64,000 bases of DNA. Origin: Syntrophomonadaceae bacterium. GTDB lineage: Bacteria > Bacillota > Syntrophomonadia > Syntrophomonadales > DTU052. This document shows positions 60,295 to 64,000 of the stretch, one piece after another; the first letter of the stretch is position 1, and the number at the start of each line of letters is the position of its first letter. Both the position numbers and the translations under genes were made by a program. The notes under the pieces were generated by a model that ran no database searches, had not been told where the DNA came from, and saw only the letters and a program-made list of their open reading frames with translations. The stretch lies in the NCBI GenBank assembly GCA_012728655.1, contig JAAYEQ010000048.1, positions 51,328 to 115,327 on the forward strand, read 5' to 3'.

Positions 60295-60744
60295 ATGGGC
60301 TTGAAGAAGGAAAAGAAGTTTTATCTGGTAAGAGAGGATATCCTTCCAGAGGCTATTCTCAAGACGGCTCGGGCCAAGGAGCTTATCGCGCAGCGAGGTG
60401 CGGTTCCGGTTACCGAGATCCTGGAGCAGGTAGGGATTCCGCGCAGCACCTTTTACAAGTACCGGGATGGGGTTTTCTCCTTCCTGGATACCCGGGCTAT
60501 GAGGATAATCAATCTTTCTCTGGAACTCCGGCATGAAGCCGGTGTATTATCCAAGGTGTTGAATTACGTGGCCTCCCAGTCCGGGAACATCCTGACCATC
60601 AACCAGGGTCTGCCCCTGGGAGGAACGGCCAACGTGACCATATCGGTCGATGTGGAAGACCTGCGGATTGGAGTGGAGGAATTGTTTTCCGGGCTGGACA
60701 GCATCGACGGCGTACTGAAAACTGAACTCATCGGTAGAAGCTAG
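60295..60744 (+). CDS. thrR: ThrR/PheB-like HTH-ACT transcriptional regulator
   Basis: FYLVREDILPEA..RSTFYKYRD..NILTINQ; upstream of hom. Confidence 0.85.
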   Translation: MGLKKEKKFYLVREDILPEAILKTARAKELIAQRGAVPVTEILEQVGIPRSTFYKYRDGVFSFLDTRAMRIINLSLELRHEAGVLSKVLNYVASQSGNILTINQGLPLGGTANVTISVDVEDLRIGVEELFSGLDSIDGVLKTELIGRS

Positions 60745-60755
60745 GAGGATGAGAT

Positions 60756-62048
60756 ATGATTAATGTTGGTTTAATCGGATGCGGTACTGTAGGCAGCGGG
60801 GTTGTCAAATTGCTGGCTCAAAACAAGGACATTATTGCCCAGCGGGTGGGGCAGGAGGTTGTCATCAAAAAAATCCTGGAATTGGACCGTTCCAAGGTCT
60901 ATGCGCTGGGCCTGGGAGACGATATCATTGCCGAGAGCATAGACGAGATTCTGAGCGATGATATCGACGTGGTTATCGAGCTGATCGGCGGGATTGAACC
61001 GGCGAAAACATATATTCTGCAGGCGCTCCGGCGCGGCAAGGGTGTGGTATCGGCCAACAAGGACCTGATCGCCAGCCACGGCCGGGAGATTTTTGATACC
61101 GCGGAGGAACATGGGGTTGACTTCTATTTTGAGGCCAGCGTCGGCGGGGGTATTCCCATCGTGTTTCCTCTGAAGCAATCCCTGGCCGGCAACCGCATCA
61201 AGGAAGTAATCGGCATCCTGAACGGTACCACCAACTACATTCTTACCAAGATGTCACGGGAGGGACAGCCTTACGAAAAGGTCCTCCAGGAGGCCCAGGC
61301 CCTGGGTTATGCCGAAGCCGACCCTACTTCGGATGTTGAGGGCTTTGATGCCGCCCGTAAAATAGCGATACTGGCTTCGATTGCTTTCAACAGCCGGGTT
61401 ACTTTTGAGGAGGTGTATGTGGAGGGGATCACCAGGATTACCCCGCTGGATATCAAATATGGACGGGAACTGGGCTACGAAATAAAACTCCTGGCCATCG
61501 CCAAAGAGGAGGAGGACGGCATACTGGTCCGGGTACATCCGGCATTTATTCCGAATGATCATCCCCTGGCCGCGGTCAGCGGGGTTTATAACGCCGTTTT
61601 TGTACGGGGAGACGCCGTGGACGACCTGATGTTTTACGGTCGCGGTGCCGGGCAGATGCCGACGGCCAGCGCGGTGGTGGGAGATCTGATGGAAATCGTG
61701 CGCAATATTACGCGCAAAGACACGGGGCGCATTTCCTGCACCTGCTATGAAGAAAAGAGGGTCATCCCTACCAGCAGCCAGCGGGCCAAGTTTTATATCC
61801 GCATGCTGGCGAAGGACCGTCCGGGAGTACTGGCGGGCATCGCCGGGGTGATGGGGAATCATGAGGTCAGTCTGGCTACCGTCTTGCAGAAGGATACCAA
61901 TAACGGATTTGCCCACTTGGTCTTCATTACCCATGAGGTCAAGGAATCAAATCTTCGTGACGCCTTGACTGTTTTGAACGGAATGAGTATCGTGGGGGCT
62001 GTGGAAAATGTAATCAGACTTGAAGGAGTGAAAGACTATGGAGAGTAA
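60756..62048 (+). CDS. hom: Homoserine dehydrogenase
   Basis: [33 protein letters not shown]-terminal ACT. Confidence 0.95.
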   Translation: MINVGLIGCGTVGSGVVKLLAQNKDIIAQRVGQEVVIKKILELDRSKVYALGLGDDIIAESIDEILSDDIDVVIELIGGIEPAKTYILQALRRGKGVVSANKDLIASHGREIFDTAEEHGVDFYFEASVGGGIPIVFPLKQSLAGNRIKEVIGILNGTTNYILTKMSREGQPYEKVLQEAQALGYAEADPTSDVEGFDAARKIAILASIAFNSRVTFEEVYVEGITRITPLDIKYGRELGYEIKLLAIAKEEEDGILVRVHPAFIPNDHPLAAVSGVYNAVFVRGDAVDDLMFYGRGAGQMPTASAVVGDLMEIVRNITRKDTGRISCTCYEEKRVIPTSSQRAKFYIRMLAKDRPGVLAGIAGVMGNHEVSLATVLQKDTNNGFAHLVFITHEVKESNLRDALTVLNGMSIVGAVENVIRLEGVKDYGE

Positions 62049-63102
62049 GGCCGGCTGGCGAGGAATTGTCGAAGAGTACCGGGATTTCCTTCCCGTCAAT
62101 GAAAACACCCCGGTGGTTTCGCTGCAGGAGGGGAATACCCCGCTGATATTTGCCCCCAATTTGTCTGACATGGTTGGGGCCGAGGTTTACCTCAAGTTTG
62201 AAGGGGCCAATCCTACCGGATCCTTCAAGGACCGGGGAATGGCAATGGCTATGAGCAAGGCCAGGGAGGACGGTGCCGAGGTGGTTATGTGCGCCTCAAC
62301 CGGCAACACTTCAGCATCGGCTGCGGCTTATGCCGCCCGCTGCGGTATGCGATGCGTAGTTCTGATACCCGAAGGCAAGATTGCCCTGGGCAAACTGGCC
62401 CAGGCTTTGATATATGGGGCCCAGGTCCTGGCGGTAGACGGCAACTTTGACCAGGCACTGACCATAGTGAGGAATATTACTTCCCGCTACCCGGTGACTT
62501 TGGTCAATTCCATCAACCCTTTCCGCATAGAAGGGCAGAAGACGGGCGCATTTGAGATCTGCGACCGGCTGGGGCGAGCCCCTGATTACCTGGCGATTCC
62601 GGTCGGGAACGCGGGCAATATAACCGCTTACTGGAAGGGTTTTTGCGAGTACCATGAGCGGGGCATGGTTGAGAACCGGCCTCGAATGCTCGGCTTCCAG
62701 GCTGAGGGTGCGGCCCCGATAGTCCGGGGTGAGGTGGTGCCCAATCCGGAAACCGTAGCCACCGCGATCCGCATCGGGAACCCGGCGAGCTGGAAACAGG
62801 CGGTAAGAGCCTACCAGGACTCGGGCGGCTCGATCTCGGCAGTCACGGATGATGAGATCCTGGAGGCTTACCGGCTGGTGGCCAGGAAGGAGGGCCTTTT
62901 TGTGGAACCGGCATCGGCGGCTTCCGTGGCCGGGGTTTTGAAGCTCAGCAAGACCGGACAGTTCAAACCGGATGATAAGATTGTATGCATAAACACCGGG
63001 CATGGTTTGAAGGACCCGGACAATGCGATAAAGACTGCAGCCGTGACCCCGGATGTTGTACCCGCGGACGAAGCCGCGGTGCTCAAGGCCATCTTTGGTT
63101 AA
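62038..63102 (+). CDS. thrC: Threonine synthase
   Basis: [37 protein letters not shown]. Confidence 0.95.
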   Translation: MESKAGWRGIVEEYRDFLPVNENTPVVSLQEGNTPLIFAPNLSDMVGAEVYLKFEGANPTGSFKDRGMAMAMSKAREDGAEVVMCASTGNTSASAAAYAARCGMRCVVLIPEGKIALGKLAQALIYGAQVLAVDGNFDQALTIVRNITSRYPVTLVNSINPFRIEGQKTGAFEICDRLGRAPDYLAIPVGNAGNITAYWKGFCEYHERGMVENRPRMLGFQAEGAAPIVRGEVVPNPETVATAIRIGNPASWKQAVRAYQDSGGSISAVTDDEILEAYRLVARKEGLFVEPASAASVAGVLKLSKTGQFKPDDKIVCINTGHGLKDPDNAIKTAAVTPDVVPADEAAVLKAIFG

Positions 63103-63158
63103 GATGCCGGGGTTTTAATCGCAGAAACGTTGTACAAAACGAAGGAGTGAATGGTAGG

Positions 63159-64000
63159 ATGGGGCTGGTTGTACAGAAGTTCGGGGGGAGTTCCGTAGCG
63201 AATACTGAAAGAATAAAAAACGTGGCCGCCCGGGTGATAAGCGAGCGGGATCGTGGCAATCAGGTGGTGGTTGTGGTTTCGGCCATGGGTGATTTGACCG
63301 ATGAACTCATAGAGCTGGCGCACCAGGTCGGGAGCAACCCGCCGGAACGGGAGATGGATATGCTTCTGACTACCGGAGAACAGCAGTCGGCGTCTCTGTT
63401 GGCCATTACGCTCTGTAACATGGGATACCCGGCCGTATCGCTGACAGGATGGCAGTCAGGGATTATGACCGACTCGGTTCACTGCCGGGCGCGGATTACG
63501 GATATAAAACCCGACCGCATAATCGAGGAACTGAACCAGGGCAAGGTGGTAGTAGTGGCCGGATATCAGGGTATTTCTCCCCGGGGAGACCTGACCACGC
63601 TGGGGCGGGGCGGTTCGGATACTACGGCGGTGGCTCTGGCGGCTGTGCTTAAAGCCGATATCTGCGATATATATACCGATGTTGACGGGGTTTTTACAGC
63701 CGATCCGCGGATCGTGAAAGATGCAAGCAAGCTGGACGTTGTATCCTATGATGAGATGCTGGAACTGGCGAGTCTGGGCGCCGTGGTACTGCAGCCGCGG
63801 GCAGTTGAGTTCGCCATGCAGCATAAAGTCAAAGTACAGGTGAGATCGAGTTTTAAAACGGAAACAGGCACGCTGGTAATGGAGGCGGACAAGATGGAGA
63901 ATAACCGAGTTGTAAGCGGTGTGGCCCACGATCTGAACGTGGCCAAAGTGGCTTTGTTTGACGTACCCGACCGGCCCGGAATTGCGCGGGCCGTATTTAA
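63159..64000 (+). CDS. lysC: Aspartate kinase (runs off the window end)
   Basis: MGLVVQKFGGSSV, VVVSAMG, TTLGRGGSDTTA, TDVDGV read directly; absent from the ORF track because it has no stop in the window. Confidence 0.93.
   Translation, partial: MGLVVQKFGGSSVANTERIKNVAARVISERDRGNQVVVVVSAMGDLTDELIELAHQVGSNPPEREMDMLLTTGEQQSASLLAITLCNMGYPAVSLTGWQSGIMTDSVHCRARITDIKPDRIIEELNQGKVVVVAGYQGISPRGDLTTLGRGGSDTTAVALAAVLKADICDIYTDVDGVFTADPRIVKDASKLDVVSYDEMLELASLGAVVLQPRAVEFAMQHKVKVQVRSSFKTETGTLVMEADKMENNRVVSGVAHDLNVAKVALFDVPDRPGIARAVF

Noticed and set aside
1-64000. CRISPR array, IS element, prophage, rRNA or tRNA
   Set aside because: No spaced repeats, transposase, integrase, phage genes or RNA-gene signatures were seen.

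Overview
About 64 kb of chromosome from an endospore-forming anaerobic Firmicute. Its gene content (acyl-CoA dehydrogenase, CoA-transferase, ispH-rpsA fusion, spo genes) suggests Syntrophomonadaceae-like Clostridia; this placement is an inference. The backbone is the conserved clostridial region cca-S2P-scpA-scpB ... ytfI-gerW-spmAB-rluB-larB-hutP-aro-cmk-plsC-ispH/rpsA-fni ... DUF1614-spoIIP-DUF3189-DUF512-der-plsY-gpsA-spoIVA ... thrR-hom-thrC-lysC. Two accessory blocks interrupt it. The first (~4.3-22.7 kb) holds a Liv ABC transporter, a TRAP transporter, a type I restriction-modification system, a CPBP protease, an MBL-fold hydrolase with a decayed partial duplicate, and a PaaI thioesterase. 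The second (~41.8-49.3 kb) holds a CoA-transferase, rubrerythrin, Fe-SOD, an acyl-CoA dehydrogenase and mscL. No rRNA, tRNA, CRISPR array, integrase or transposase was seen. The strongest non-obvious signals are recoding and RNA-level: (1) a small FmdB-type zinc-ribbon gene whose UGA is followed by a SECIS-like GGUCU hairpin that also looks like a terminator (candidate selenoprotein); (2) fni apparently starting at a non-canonical AUA codon; (3) a ~180-nt terminator/antiterminator leader before the TRAP operon that matches no riboswitch I recognise; (4) an 18-bp hairpin hiding the spmA RBS, with a sigmaE-like promoter inside its 5' arm; (5) a soluble chemoreceptor with a Rossmann-fold sensor. 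All structures and alignments were read by eye; no computation was run.
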